Positions 1 through 8,910 of a stretch of 24,118 bases of DNA are shown here, one piece after another. This stretch comes from Acutalibacteraceae bacterium (lineage in GTDB: Bacteria; Bacillota; Clostridia; Oscillospirales; Acutalibacteraceae): NCBI GenBank assembly GCA_045640765.1, contig JAZUFP010000020.1, positions 1 through 24,118 of the forward strand, given 5' to 3'. A program made the translations under genes and the position numbers. Under the pieces are notes generated by a model. The model was not told the origin of the DNA, made no database searches, and saw only the letters and a list, made by a program, of their open reading frames with translations. How positions within the stretch are numbered: position 1 is the first letter of the stretch; each line of letters begins with the position of its first letter.

Positions 1-1718
1 GAGATCTCTTTTTCCTCAAACGAAACGTTGACGGCAAGTACCGCCAGGTGACCGTTCGAGGAACGGACGCAGGACGTGCAGATCCCGTCACCGGCGGAAC
101 CGGCAAAAACTTTGGAATCCATATCGCCCAAATAGCGGGTCATCAATGTGATCGCGTAATAATCGGGATACGGTTCTTTACAGCGGTGAATATTCGGCAT
201 GGTGCCGCAGCGATGATCGCCGTCCACAAAGGTGTCGAATCCGTCCCAATGGTTATTCGGCCACTGCTGATCGAAGATCGTCCACAGCAGTGAACTGTTG
301 ACACCGGCGTTCATAAAGCCCGCCTGCGCCGACGCAAAAGAAAGACCTTTGCGCGGCAGTTCGTTCGGATCCAGCAGACGTGTGTTATACTCGTCAAACC
401 AGAAGTCCTTATCCGCGGGGACCGGCTTTTTGAAACTTTCGGCGGTATGATACCAGAAATAGTATTCACCCAGCGGATCGTTCTTTCCGCCGAAGCCGTA
501 CTCATAAACCAGCCACGCGGTCGAGCCGACCACCTCAAAATCGCCGTTGTCCAGCAGTTCGCGGTCATCCCCGACCTTTTTCAGCGATGCCAGATCGTAA
601 TAACCGACGGTACCCTCTTCGGGGATGTCGTGATAAATGCCGAAATAACCAAACGTATGATCGCCCGAATGGAAGCGCATTTTATACTGTTTCCATTCGT
701 CCGACATTTCGGTGGCGGGGATATTGACCACGCTGTTGTCGGTCAGATAACTGACCCCGTCTCCGCCGGCGGTAATGGTGCGGATCAAACCTTTTTCGCA
801 CCACGGCACGTGAAACGCGCCGAGGAAAAAGCCGCGCTTGTCATTGACCGGATCGGTAAGACCGGTTGCCTTTGCCCATACCGACGCTTCATATTCGGTA
901 TTCGGTTCCAGGTCCACACGCTGCTGTGCGCGGAAGCCCGGTATCGGGAAACGCAGGCAGTAGTCGCCGGAGAACGCTTCCCATTCGGGTTGTTCGGAAT
1001 AGTCCACGTCCAGATAGCAGTGGGTCGTGAAAACATCCAGTTCATCGTGGAGATTTTCCACGCACCATTCCAGCATTTCGGGACGGTCACTTGCCGGTTG
1101 TCCGGCGTTGGGGCCGACCAGTTTCACCAGAGAGCGCAAGCCGTCTTCCGTCAAATGACGGTGCGCCGCCCGGGCGCACAATCCGTACGGTTCAAATTCG
1201 CTTTCAAACCCGAAAATCCGTTTCAGTTCACGCGTACTGCCGTTCGGTTCGGTAAACAGAAAAATGTACTTGATATTATCAAATCCGCGTTTGACGATGA
1301 TTTCGTTGACGGCTTCGCTGACATAGGCACCGAAGCGATCCGCCGCAACGGCGGGATCGTCGTCGCGGAACGGATATTCATTCGCCAGGAAAATATTATA
1401 CGCCAGCCACCAGCCGAGATTCAGCGCGACTGTGACATTGCGCTTTTTCATTTCTTCCAGCCAGCGATAGACCCCCCGCACGTTCGCGTCTTCCCAATTC
1501 CATTTTCCGTTTTCATAGGGAGGAAATTCAAAATAAGTACGGGCGATCTTCAAACCGGATTTTGTTACGCGCTCCATCTCGATCTCGCATTCTTCGGGCG
1601 TATAGGCGCGTCCGGAATCATCGGGACAAAACGCGAAAGCGTGATACACCGCGTTGACGCCCAGGAAATGTTCCTGGACGCAGCGGGTATTATCTATTTC
1701 TAAATTCACTTTGGTCAA
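1..1718 (-). CDS. Putative cytoplasmic clan GH-A-like glycoside hydrolase with internal CBM4/9-like insertion; 3' end beyond the window; absent from the ORF track
   Basis: Hand translation gives an open frame from TTG at 1718 (GAGGT RBS at 1733-1729) to the window edge, 572 codons: MTKVNLEIDNTRCVQEHFLGVNAVYHAF...LFTEP (Glu codon 1250-1248)...KLVGPN...DVFTTHCY...FWFDEYN (Glu codon 392-390)...LLWTIFDQQWP...VLAVNVSFEEKEI. Motifs are colinear with the 710-aa neighbour. No signal peptide. The + strand ORFs 447..1703 and 48..293 are its in-register antisense shadows. Confidence 0.85.
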   Translation of the reverse strand, partial: MTKVNLEIDNTRCVQEHFLGVNAVYHAFAFCPDDSGRAYTPEECEIEMERVTKSGLKIARTYFEFPPYENGKWNWEDANVRGVYRWLEEMKKRNVTVALNLGWWLAYNIFLANEYPFRDDDPAVAADRFGAYVSEAVNEIIVKRGFDNIKYIFLFTEPNGSTRELKRIFGFESEFEPYGLCARAAHRHLTEDGLRSLVKLVGPNAGQPASDRPEMLEWCVENLHDELDVFTTHCYLDVDYSEQPEWEAFSGDYCLRFPIPGFRAQQRVDLEPNTEYEASVWAKATGLTDPVNDKRGFFLGAFHVPWCEKGLIRTITAGGDGVSYLTDNSVVNIPATEMSDEWKQYKMRFHSGDHTFGYFGIYHDIPEEGTVGYYDLASLKKVGDDRELLDNGDFEVVGSTAWLVYEYGFGGKNDPLGEYYFWYHTAESFKKPVPADKDFWFDEYNTRLLDPNELPRKGLSFASAQAGFMNAGVNSSLLWTIFDQQWPNNHWDGFDTFVDGDHRCGTMPNIHRCKEPYPDYYAITLMTRYLGDMDSKVFAGSAGDGICTSCVRSSNGHLAVLAVNVSFEEKEI

Positions 1719-1741
1719 AATAATCTCAACCTCTATACAAA

Positions 1742-3874
1742 TCAGTTATCCACGTGATATTCCGTCGAATAGATCGCGAAAGAAAGGGCCGGAACAACAT
1801 CACGCAATTCGTTCTTCGTTCCCTTGAAGCAGATGTCGGCGTCGATCATGGTCGCGCTGCTGTCCGCCATAACCTCAAACGGGTTATAAAGGTAACGGTA
1901 CATCTTCACACCGCCGAGACTCTTGGAAAGGGTGATATCCACCGGACGTTCGGTGACGTTGGTATTTACAACGATGATCGAATGGTAGGTCTTGCCCTTT
2001 TTCTGATATTCGACCATGGAAAGGTTGACGCCGTCGGAACTTTCACCGCAGAATGTCTTAGATCCCATCATGCCGCAGTATTTCGTCAACAGCGTAAAGC
2101 CGTAATACGAAATATACGGAACAGACGATTTACACATGGCAGGTGCCATACCGATAACGTGAATACCGGAAACGAATTCGTCACCGGAACCGTCACGGTA
2201 GGGCCAGACCGTATCAAACAGCTGCCAGGTCAGACCCGTTTCAATACCGCTGTTCATCATCGCGACGGTCGCCTGTGCCAACTGTCCCGGATTCATCGGG
2301 TTTTCGGCAACGATATCGTCGTAATGCTGACGGTTTTCGCCGGTATCGGTATTATAGTTGAATTCATCGAACCACATGGCTTTTCCGGTGGGTTTGATCG
2401 TCTCCACGAACCGGTCGAAATACATCTTATACATAAAATAGTTGTCGTCATAGAACGTCGCGTTCTGAGGCGCGCCGATTCCGGGCCAGTTCGGCAGATA
2501 ATAGTGGAAAGAGTAAACGTCGATGACGTCGTCCGCGTGGTCGATCCACCACTGGATATCGTCTTCCGGCTTCATTTCGGGCTGTTTCCCGGTCACCACA
2601 CCTTTTTCATACGACATGTGGATCGTTCCGCCGAACGCAACATCCGGTCCGACAAACCGGACCTTTTTGCGCATACCGTTCGCTTTGGCCGCCTTGTCCG
2701 CGGCTTTGATGATTACAAGCCACATATCCCAGGTGGTATACAAGCGGGCAGTCAACTTCTGCTTTTTCGTCAGGTTGACCTTTGCCCCGGTCTTGATATC
2801 ATAGAAATCCGGGAAGGCATGGATGTATTTGTAATCTTCATCCATTTCCTTGGAATAGCAGGTTTTGGCGTTACAGACGTAATCCTTTTCCCCGATCTTG
2901 GCCATATACATCGGGACGCCTTTCATCACCGGATTTTTGGCGTAAACCTTGTTTTCGACCGAAATATCCGCGCGATAATTCAATTCCTGACGTTTCTGGG
3001 CGCTGTATTCATAATAAAGCGGCTCGGTCAGGTTGACCGTGTACTGAACGTTGGTATATCCGTATTTATCAATGATCCATTTCAGCGATTCGGCATACCA
3101 GTAGGCGTAACCGTTGACAACGTCACTGAACCGGCAACCGAAAAACGGATTGTTTACGCTGATCGAAGTATGTTCATAATACAGATCGCCGGCGCTCCAG
3201 CCCATGTTCAGCGCAACAACGATATTGCGTTTCTTCAACGCATCAAGCCACTGATACAGATACATCATGTTCGGATTTTTCTTGCTGAAATCCCACGAAG
3301 ACGGATCGTTCACATTTCCGCCGACATAGGCGTAGGACGGTTCAAAATAGGAGCGGATCAGCGAAATATCCATTTCGTCAATACGTTTCAGTTCACGTTC
3401 CAGCATTTTCTGGTTATAGGAACGCCCCAGTTTGGTAGCATCCGGAATGAAAATGAATCCCTGATAAACCGAATTGAGTCCCAGCCAGTTGTTGGAAACC
3501 GCCTTGCTGTTATTGATCGAAAGCGAAACCACCTCATCGGGCAAGTAACCCGTTTCGGTAGTATTCTGCGGTTCTTTTTTCGGCTTCTCGTCCGGAAGAT
3601 CTTTATCTTTTTTTATGGGAACTTTTTCGGTAATTTCTTCGGTGACCTCTTTTTCTACCAGTTTCTTGCGCTCGTAAGGTACGGTAACTTCGTTGACCTC
3701 GCCTTTTTTGGTAGTGGTAACGGTCTTTTCGGTATAGCTTTTTTCGGCAACGACAACATTGTTTTTGCCCTGCGAAGCGGTAGTACCGTCATCCGAAGAA
3801 GAACCGGTCGTGCAGGCGATCGCTGAAAAAACGATGAGCGCGGCTAATACCAGTGCGGTTAATCTGCTTTTCAT
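1742..3874 (-). CDS. Lipoprotein, clan GH-A-like (GH39/GH30/GH51-like architecture) glycoside hydrolase, 710 aa
   Basis: Signal peptide with lipobox AIA-C21, then a Thr/Lys/Glu-rich spacer. Barrel motifs NLTEP (Glu284, codon 3025-3023), RFVGPD, DVYSFHYY, MWFDEFN (Glu504, codon 2365-2363). C-terminal beta-sandwich-like tail (HSIIVVNTNVTERPVDITL). ATGA overlap with the upstream gene. Exact family not assignable by eye. Confidence 0.75.
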   Translation of the reverse strand: MKSRLTALVLAALIVFSAIACTTGSSSDDGTTASQGKNNVVVAEKSYTEKTVTTTKKGEVNEVTVPYERKKLVEKEVTEEITEKVPIKKDKDLPDEKPKKEPQNTTETGYLPDEVVSLSINNSKAVSNNWLGLNSVYQGFIFIPDATKLGRSYNQKMLERELKRIDEMDISLIRSYFEPSYAYVGGNVNDPSSWDFSKKNPNMMYLYQWLDALKKRNIVVALNMGWSAGDLYYEHTSISVNNPFFGCRFSDVVNGYAYWYAESLKWIIDKYGYTNVQYTVNLTEPLYYEYSAQKRQELNYRADISVENKVYAKNPVMKGVPMYMAKIGEKDYVCNAKTCYSKEMDEDYKYIHAFPDFYDIKTGAKVNLTKKQKLTARLYTTWDMWLVIIKAADKAAKANGMRKKVRFVGPDVAFGGTIHMSYEKGVVTGKQPEMKPEDDIQWWIDHADDVIDVYSFHYYLPNWPGIGAPQNATFYDDNYFMYKMYFDRFVETIKPTGKAMWFDEFNYNTDTGENRQHYDDIVAENPMNPGQLAQATVAMMNSGIETGLTWQLFDTVWPYRDGSGDEFVSGIHVIGMAPAMCKSSVPYISYYGFTLLTKYCGMMGSKTFCGESSDGVNLSMVEYQKKGKTYHSIIVVNTNVTERPVDITLSKSLGGVKMYRYLYNPFEVMADSSATMIDADICFKGTKNELRDVVPALSFAIYSTEYHVDN

Positions 3875-6800
3875 TCCTCTGCACCCCCCGATTTTTTCTT
3901 TTTACCCAAAAACAGAAGCAGGAAAAATGCCGCCAGACTTAAAACCAAAACGATGACCGCGGCGATACAGATGTAGGCACCGGCAGAAAAATCACCGCCG
4001 GATTCGGTCACGGTCTTGCGGACACGCTTGCCGTATTCGGGCTTATACGTGACTGCGTCTTCCACAACTTCTTCCCATGTGGTCAGACTGGTATCAGTGC
4101 GGTAACAGGTTTCCGGTACCAGTTCCCGGACTGTTTCAGTATTCGTTTTGGTTACGGTTTTATAAGTCGTGGGTGTTTCGGGCGCGGGATCTTCCTCTTC
4201 TTCGATATTTTGCTGATGAATGATATCAAAGCTGAGTGCCGGCAAGACCATCAGTTTGGCCGTCCTTTTCTCAACTACACTCAACGAAGAGATGCCTTGC
4301 GAAGCAAAATAAAGATCGACATCGTCAATGCGGATATTGCCCTTTGTACCGGTGATGAGCAGGAATCCCTCATCGTAAATACCGGAACCGAAAGCAATAT
4401 TGACACGGTGCCACTTGCCGTCACGCCCGAACGGAATATTTCCGTCTTCGGTCAGGAACAGATCCTTAAAGTTCTTTCCGCCCGCGTTACCGTAAACGCC
4501 GACCGTAATATCGCTGTCGGGATCGGCCTTGACCCACAAAGACAGAATATAGTTGTTGTTGGTGACCAGCGGGAATCTGCGGAAATAGGTAGAGCCATCC
4601 AGCGCGTCGCCGCTGATCTGCATCACGTGCTTATTGGCCTTACGACCGCTGTCGCCCGGATCGGAAACGACCTTCATACCGTCGGAAAGCGGAGCCCAGT
4701 TGGCTTTGGTGATCTTGGATTCAAAATCATAGTTATCCAACTGCGAATACAGATCTTCGCAGTACAGACTGTCTTCGTAGTTCGCGACTTCGGTTACCGT
4801 AAAGTTGTCAAACAGCACGTCACAACCGTAATAAAGCGGAATAACAAAGTAGGCAATGTCCGGAACGACCTCTTCGGTAACGATGGAAAGGGTCATCGTC
4901 CGCCACTGATGGTCGTTGATCTTGCTGACAAAGGTCTTCATCGACCAGCTGCCCGCCATACCGTAGTTGGTACCCAGCGCGCAATAATGGTCAAACGTGT
5001 ATTCATCATCCGGGTTGGTATCGTGATTCAGAATCATATACCGGACGTTGATGTTATATTCCGAGTGACTGCGCAGCGCGATACCGTGGATATCGTAATT
5101 GAGGGCTCTGTCCTGACGCGGTTCGTTGCTGTAACCGTACAGGAAACCTTTGGATTCGCCGATCGTCGAAGCAAGTTTCGGATAGAGCTTCTTGATTTCG
5201 GCGTTGGTAACACGGCGGAAGCCGGTCGTTGACGGATAGATCGTCGGATCTTCCTCATCAAACGTCAAAACTCTTTCTTTGACCGGTGTCGGCGAAACGA
5301 CCTCACGCAAAGTGAAATTGTCAAACAGCAATTCCTGACCGCCGTATACACCGACCCTGAAATAGTTCGCCGCGGGGACCATCTTCGTGGTCGAGAAATA
5401 GATCGTTTTGGAGCTCCAACCCTTTTCAACGTTGTTATAGTAGTCATAATGACTTTTTACACTGTTGGTTTCGGGTTCCAGATGTTGTGTGCCGAACGCG
5501 AACGCATATACCGCGCCGGTCGCTTTTTTGGAGCAGTAATCAAACGTAAGGGCATAATTCGTATTGGTTTTCAGTTGAATGTTTTTCAGTTCAACAAAGG
5601 CAACATCGGCACTGACGGCGTCTGAATTTTCGATATACAGATAACCGCCGCTTCCGTTATCCTGGAAGCCCTTTTTGATGATTTCGGACTTGGTCAGACG
5701 GGCACTGTGTTCGGTCATAGCGACGTATTTGGTCGAATCCGCCTTTTCAAAATCGAGCACGCCGATCTCTTCGTTGGTTTCTTCCAGATATTTGGTGACC
5801 GACAGGTCGTCGATATATACTGCCGCGCCTGCGGAAATGTTGAAGATCATCCAGTCATCCGACGCCGATCCGGTGGCGTTTTTGCCGATTTCAAACAAGA
5901 AAGACGCGGTTTTCCACTCGCCTTCAACGCCGTTTCTGACCGTCAGGATCGCCTCGCTTGATCCGGCCAAAACAATGTTCGGATCGGTACCGACCGTAAA
6001 CAACGTGTTGCCGGATGCCGATTCACGCGCCTGATAGTAGGGAAACTCCACTTCATACTTGCAGTTGGTTTCCGGTTTGATTTTACCGTTCACGGCACCT
6101 AACTTACCGGTCTTCGCGGCATTTTTATCCGCGACAGCGCGCAGGTAACCCATGGACAGTTTCGGTTCGGTGACCTTGACCATTTTCAGTTTGGAGGGAG
6201 CGTCCTTGCTGATCGGGACCGAACTGTCGTCCAGTTTCTGAACAACGGTAGACGCGGTAAAAGGTACGTTCGCGACGGTACCGCCGAATTCGTAATCGGA
6301 AATGACGATATCGTCAATATAGACCGACGTTCCCGGTGCTGCCTTGATCGCCAGACCGTCGGCAAGATCGGAAAGCTTTGCGATATAAGACGCTTTTTCC
6401 CAGCGTTCGGCCGTGCGGTTGGAACCGGCTTTGACCGTGCCGGCAAGACCGCAGCTTTCATTGGATCCGTCTTTGACGGCGTAAAGCGAGAATAACTCAT
6501 CACTGTCGGCGGCGGACTTCATATAATAGTTGAAAGAAACACGGTAATCGATATCCGGTTTCAAGTTGTTGAATTCTTCGTCGATCACCTTGACCGTATC
6601 GGATGAAGCATGGACCGCGTAATCAGTCGCAGGAGGAACTTCGCCATAAGCGACTTCCGGACCGGCCTCGATGCTGAAAGAACCTTTCGGCACCGGAGCG
6701 ACCTTTTCATTGTCACCCACCGATTCGTCCCAGCAGACATAAGACATGGATTCGTCTTCAAAGTCGATCTGATAAACAATATTACCTTTCAGATCGGTAA

Positions 6801-8859
6801 CGGTCATGTTATCAATATAGACTTCGGTACCGCACCAGACCTTGACACCCATGGTGTTGTAATAAACGTTATCACTGGAATCCCCGCACACAAACGGTTG
6901 ATTGATACCGTAAGAGCCGCCCTTTACCTGGAACCACTGCCCGTACGGCTGTTGTCCCGTACCACTGCCCATTCCGTAGGTGCGGCGGTCGGTACGGAAG
7001 ACTTCACAGTACTGGCCGTTACCGCTGCCGACACGCATTGTCGGGAAGTTGTTGTGCATTTCACCGCCGTCATAAGCAGCGGTATAACCGTTGTCGAAAT
7101 AGTAGAGATCCGCCGTGAAAAGGTACTTCTGACCGACAACTAATTTTCCGGGCAGATCCGGTGTGTCAAAGCGGATATCCAAAACGTGATCCATTTTGGA
7201 GCGTATCGGGGTATTGATATGCAGTAATCTGTTTTTCGCCAGACCCGCACGCACCGAACGGCGATTCATTTTTTCGCCGACCAGGTTATAGGAAACGTCA
7301 TACGTTCCCGTATTGATCCGTTCGATCTTACAGGTCACGACCGCCTTGTTCGTAGCGGCATCAATGATCTGAATATTGTCGAAATACGCGATCAGTCCCT
7401 GATAGGCGCGGATGCACAGATCGAACCCGGCCGGCTGGAATTCCGGTGTGGTAAAGGTCTGCCATTCGTCCGTACCCAGATCGCCGATATTCCGGGTGCT
7501 TATTATCTTTGAACCGAATTCGATTTCAAAGTTTTTGGTGTTTTTATCTTTTCCGATCAGCGTTTTGGCGTTTCTGCCGATAAAGGCATCCATGCTGATC
7601 TTATATTTTTTATTGGCATCCAGTTTTTCGGAAAGGTTGAAATCATTGATATAGGTATAGGACTTTGCCGATTTGTTATTGATGACCGAAGCCACCCAGT
7701 CCTTTACAACGTAAACGTCCGGACCGTTTTCAATGGCATAAATACTGCGTTCCGTATAGGAAGCGACCGTGATGGCATAATCGTTGCTGAAATCAGCCGC
7801 CAGCACAACGCCACCGGTCACGGCATCGACAAATTCCACGTTATCGATATACAGCGAAACCCCGGCGCCGACTTCGATCGTCCAATAGGTCGTCTGACGG
7901 TTCTTGGCGGTGAATTCGGTTTCGTAGGTGTACCACGTTTCAAATTTCGGCTGATTTGCCGTCAGATCAAAGGAAGTGTTCAGACTGCCCTTGTCACTGG
8001 TAGCGTTATTCGCGATACGAAGTTTTACTTCTTCGGTACTGACCCCTTTTCCGTTGTTTTCCAGATAGTAATAATCGAAACGGAGTTTATAATTCTTGTT
8101 CACCGTCAGTTTTTTGGAAAGTGCCGTTGATTCATCGTCACCCTGCTTGAAACTGAATGCGAAATAATGACTGTTTTTTCCGCCGTTGATATTATCCGGG
8201 CATTTAATGCGGAACAGACGGTTGTCCTTACGGACCTGCGCCGTTTCATTTTTCAATACCCAGTCAAAATACAGGTAATTGCCCGCCGCGGTCTCAGCGT
8301 CGATTTTATCGGTCTTACCGTTGCCGTCGATCGTTTCCAGATTGTCGAAAAGCACTTCGACGCCGGCCACCAGGGAAAAATTCAGCGTAACATTCTTTGT
8401 TTTCGGAATGACGTCGGTTTCATAATGATACCATTTTTCGACTTCGGTATACACCGTCATCTTCATCTGCTGGGAAGAAACGGTCGTCGTTCCGTCCGCG
8501 ATTTCGGTCGTGAAGATCAGGTTGCCTTCCGACGGCATTTCGGAAATCAAAAAGTCAAAACCGACCGTATTCATTTCCCCGGCGATGACCGGGCAGTTCA
8601 AAACGATCTGCTGCGTACTTTCGGAAGTATTCTGACCGAACAGATAACCGTCCTGTTGCGGCAAACCGTCAAGACTTAACGCGGAATCCGAAGAAAACCC
8701 GAAATCGTCAGGATCTTCAAAATCCAGTTCCTGACGGGTATAGGTGTCGGCGGAAACCGGCGAGGAAAGCAAACTGAACGGAAAATAAGCCGCCAGAATA
8801 GCCACAATACACAGCACTGTCAACCCGATTTTCGGAAAACGCTGTATTCTTGTTTTCAT
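3871..8859 (-). CDS. Large membrane-anchored surface protein with about nine tandem CBM4/9-like (galactose-binding-like) beta-sandwich modules, 1662 aa
   Basis: Start moved from 8904 to ATG 8859 (AAGGAG RBS 8870-8865). SPase I-type signal peptide (SPVSA|DT). Nine repeats of Y-x-(L/I/V)-x-F ... W ... (Y/L)(I/F)D(N/D)(hydrophobic) about 500 nt apart. Pro/Thr/Glu spacer, one C-terminal TM helix (AYICIAAVIVLVLSLAAFFLLLFLG) and a KKKK stop-transfer. Confidence 0.8.
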   Translation of the reverse strand: MKTRIQRFPKIGLTVLCIVAILAAYFPFSLLSSPVSADTYTRQELDFEDPDDFGFSSDSALSLDGLPQQDGYLFGQNTSESTQQIVLNCPVIAGEMNTVGFDFLISEMPSEGNLIFTTEIADGTTTVSSQQMKMTVYTEVEKWYHYETDVIPKTKNVTLNFSLVAGVEVLFDNLETIDGNGKTDKIDAETAAGNYLYFDWVLKNETAQVRKDNRLFRIKCPDNINGGKNSHYFAFSFKQGDDESTALSKKLTVNKNYKLRFDYYYLENNGKGVSTEEVKLRIANNATSDKGSLNTSFDLTANQPKFETWYTYETEFTAKNRQTTYWTIEVGAGVSLYIDNVEFVDAVTGGVVLAADFSNDYAITVASYTERSIYAIENGPDVYVVKDWVASVINNKSAKSYTYINDFNLSEKLDANKKYKISMDAFIGRNAKTLIGKDKNTKNFEIEFGSKIISTRNIGDLGTDEWQTFTTPEFQPAGFDLCIRAYQGLIAYFDNIQIIDAATNKAVVTCKIERINTGTYDVSYNLVGEKMNRRSVRAGLAKNRLLHINTPIRSKMDHVLDIRFDTPDLPGKLVVGQKYLFTADLYYFDNGYTAAYDGGEMHNNFPTMRVGSGNGQYCEVFRTDRRTYGMGSGTGQQPYGQWFQVKGGSYGINQPFVCGDSSDNVYYNTMGVKVWCGTEVYIDNMTVTDLKGNIVYQIDFEDESMSYVCWDESVGDNEKVAPVPKGSFSIEAGPEVAYGEVPPATDYAVHASSDTVKVIDEEFNNLKPDIDYRVSFNYYMKSAADSDELFSLYAVKDGSNESCGLAGTVKAGSNRTAERWEKASYIAKLSDLADGLAIKAAPGTSVYIDDIVISDYEFGGTVANVPFTASTVVQKLDDSSVPISKDAPSKLKMVKVTEPKLSMGYLRAVADKNAAKTGKLGAVNGKIKPETNCKYEVEFPYYQARESASGNTLFTVGTDPNIVLAGSSEAILTVRNGVEGEWKTASFLFEIGKNATGSASDDWMIFNISAGAAVYIDDLSVTKYLEETNEEIGVLDFEKADSTKYVAMTEHSARLTKSEIIKKGFQDNGSGGYLYIENSDAVSADVAFVELKNIQLKTNTNYALTFDYCSKKATGAVYAFAFGTQHLEPETNSVKSHYDYYNNVEKGWSSKTIYFSTTKMVPAANYFRVGVYGGQELLFDNFTLREVVSPTPVKERVLTFDEEDPTIYPSTTGFRRVTNAEIKKLYPKLASTIGESKGFLYGYSNEPRQDRALNYDIHGIALRSHSEYNINVRYMILNHDTNPDDEYTFDHYCALGTNYGMAGSWSMKTFVSKINDHQWRTMTLSIVTEEVVPDIAYFVIPLYYGCDVLFDNFTVTEVANYEDSLYCEDLYSQLDNYDFESKITKANWAPLSDGMKVVSDPGDSGRKANKHVMQISGDALDGSTYFRRFPLVTNNNYILSLWVKADPDSDITVGVYGNAGGKNFKDLFLTEDGNIPFGRDGKWHRVNIAFGSGIYDEGFLLITGTKGNIRIDDVDLYFASQGISSLSVVEKRTAKLMVLPALSFDIIHQQNIEEEEDPAPETPTTYKTVTKTNTETVRELVPETCYRTDTSLTTWEEVVEDAVTYKPEYGKRVRKTVTESGGDFSAGAYICIAAVIVLVLSLAAFFLLLFLGKKKKSGGAEE

Positions 8860-8873
8860 AATTACTCCTTTAT

Positions 8874-8898
8874 TTCCCGCCGTCAGCGACGGCGGGAA
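8874..8898 (-). other. Intercistronic GC-rich stem-loop after the SBP gene (probable mRNA stabilising/processing element)
   Basis: Perfect 11-bp inverted repeat TTCCCGCCGTC-agc-GACGGCGGGAA. On the operon strand it is followed by ATAAAGGAG (the next RBS), not by a U-tract. Confidence 0.65.
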
Positions 8899-8910
8899 TA
8901 ACAAATGCTA

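Noticed and set aside
447-3826. Long + strand ORFs 447..1703 (418 aa) and 1754..3826 (690 aa)
   Set aside because: In-register antisense shadows of the two glycosidase genes; no RBS, motifs or plausible composition. They arise when TTA/CTA/TCA codons are rare on the coding strand.
1-3874. Naming the glycosidases as GH39 beta-xylosidase or GH51 arabinofuranosidase
   Set aside because: The canonical WNEP/GNE motifs are absent; family and substrate cannot be supported without searches and assays.
3871-8859. Cellulosomal scaffoldin or sortase-anchored protein
   Set aside because: The module size is cohesin-like, but the motifs (W strand, YIDN/FDN, DFES) fit CBM4/9-like sandwiches; no dockerin, SLH or LPxTG motif was seen.
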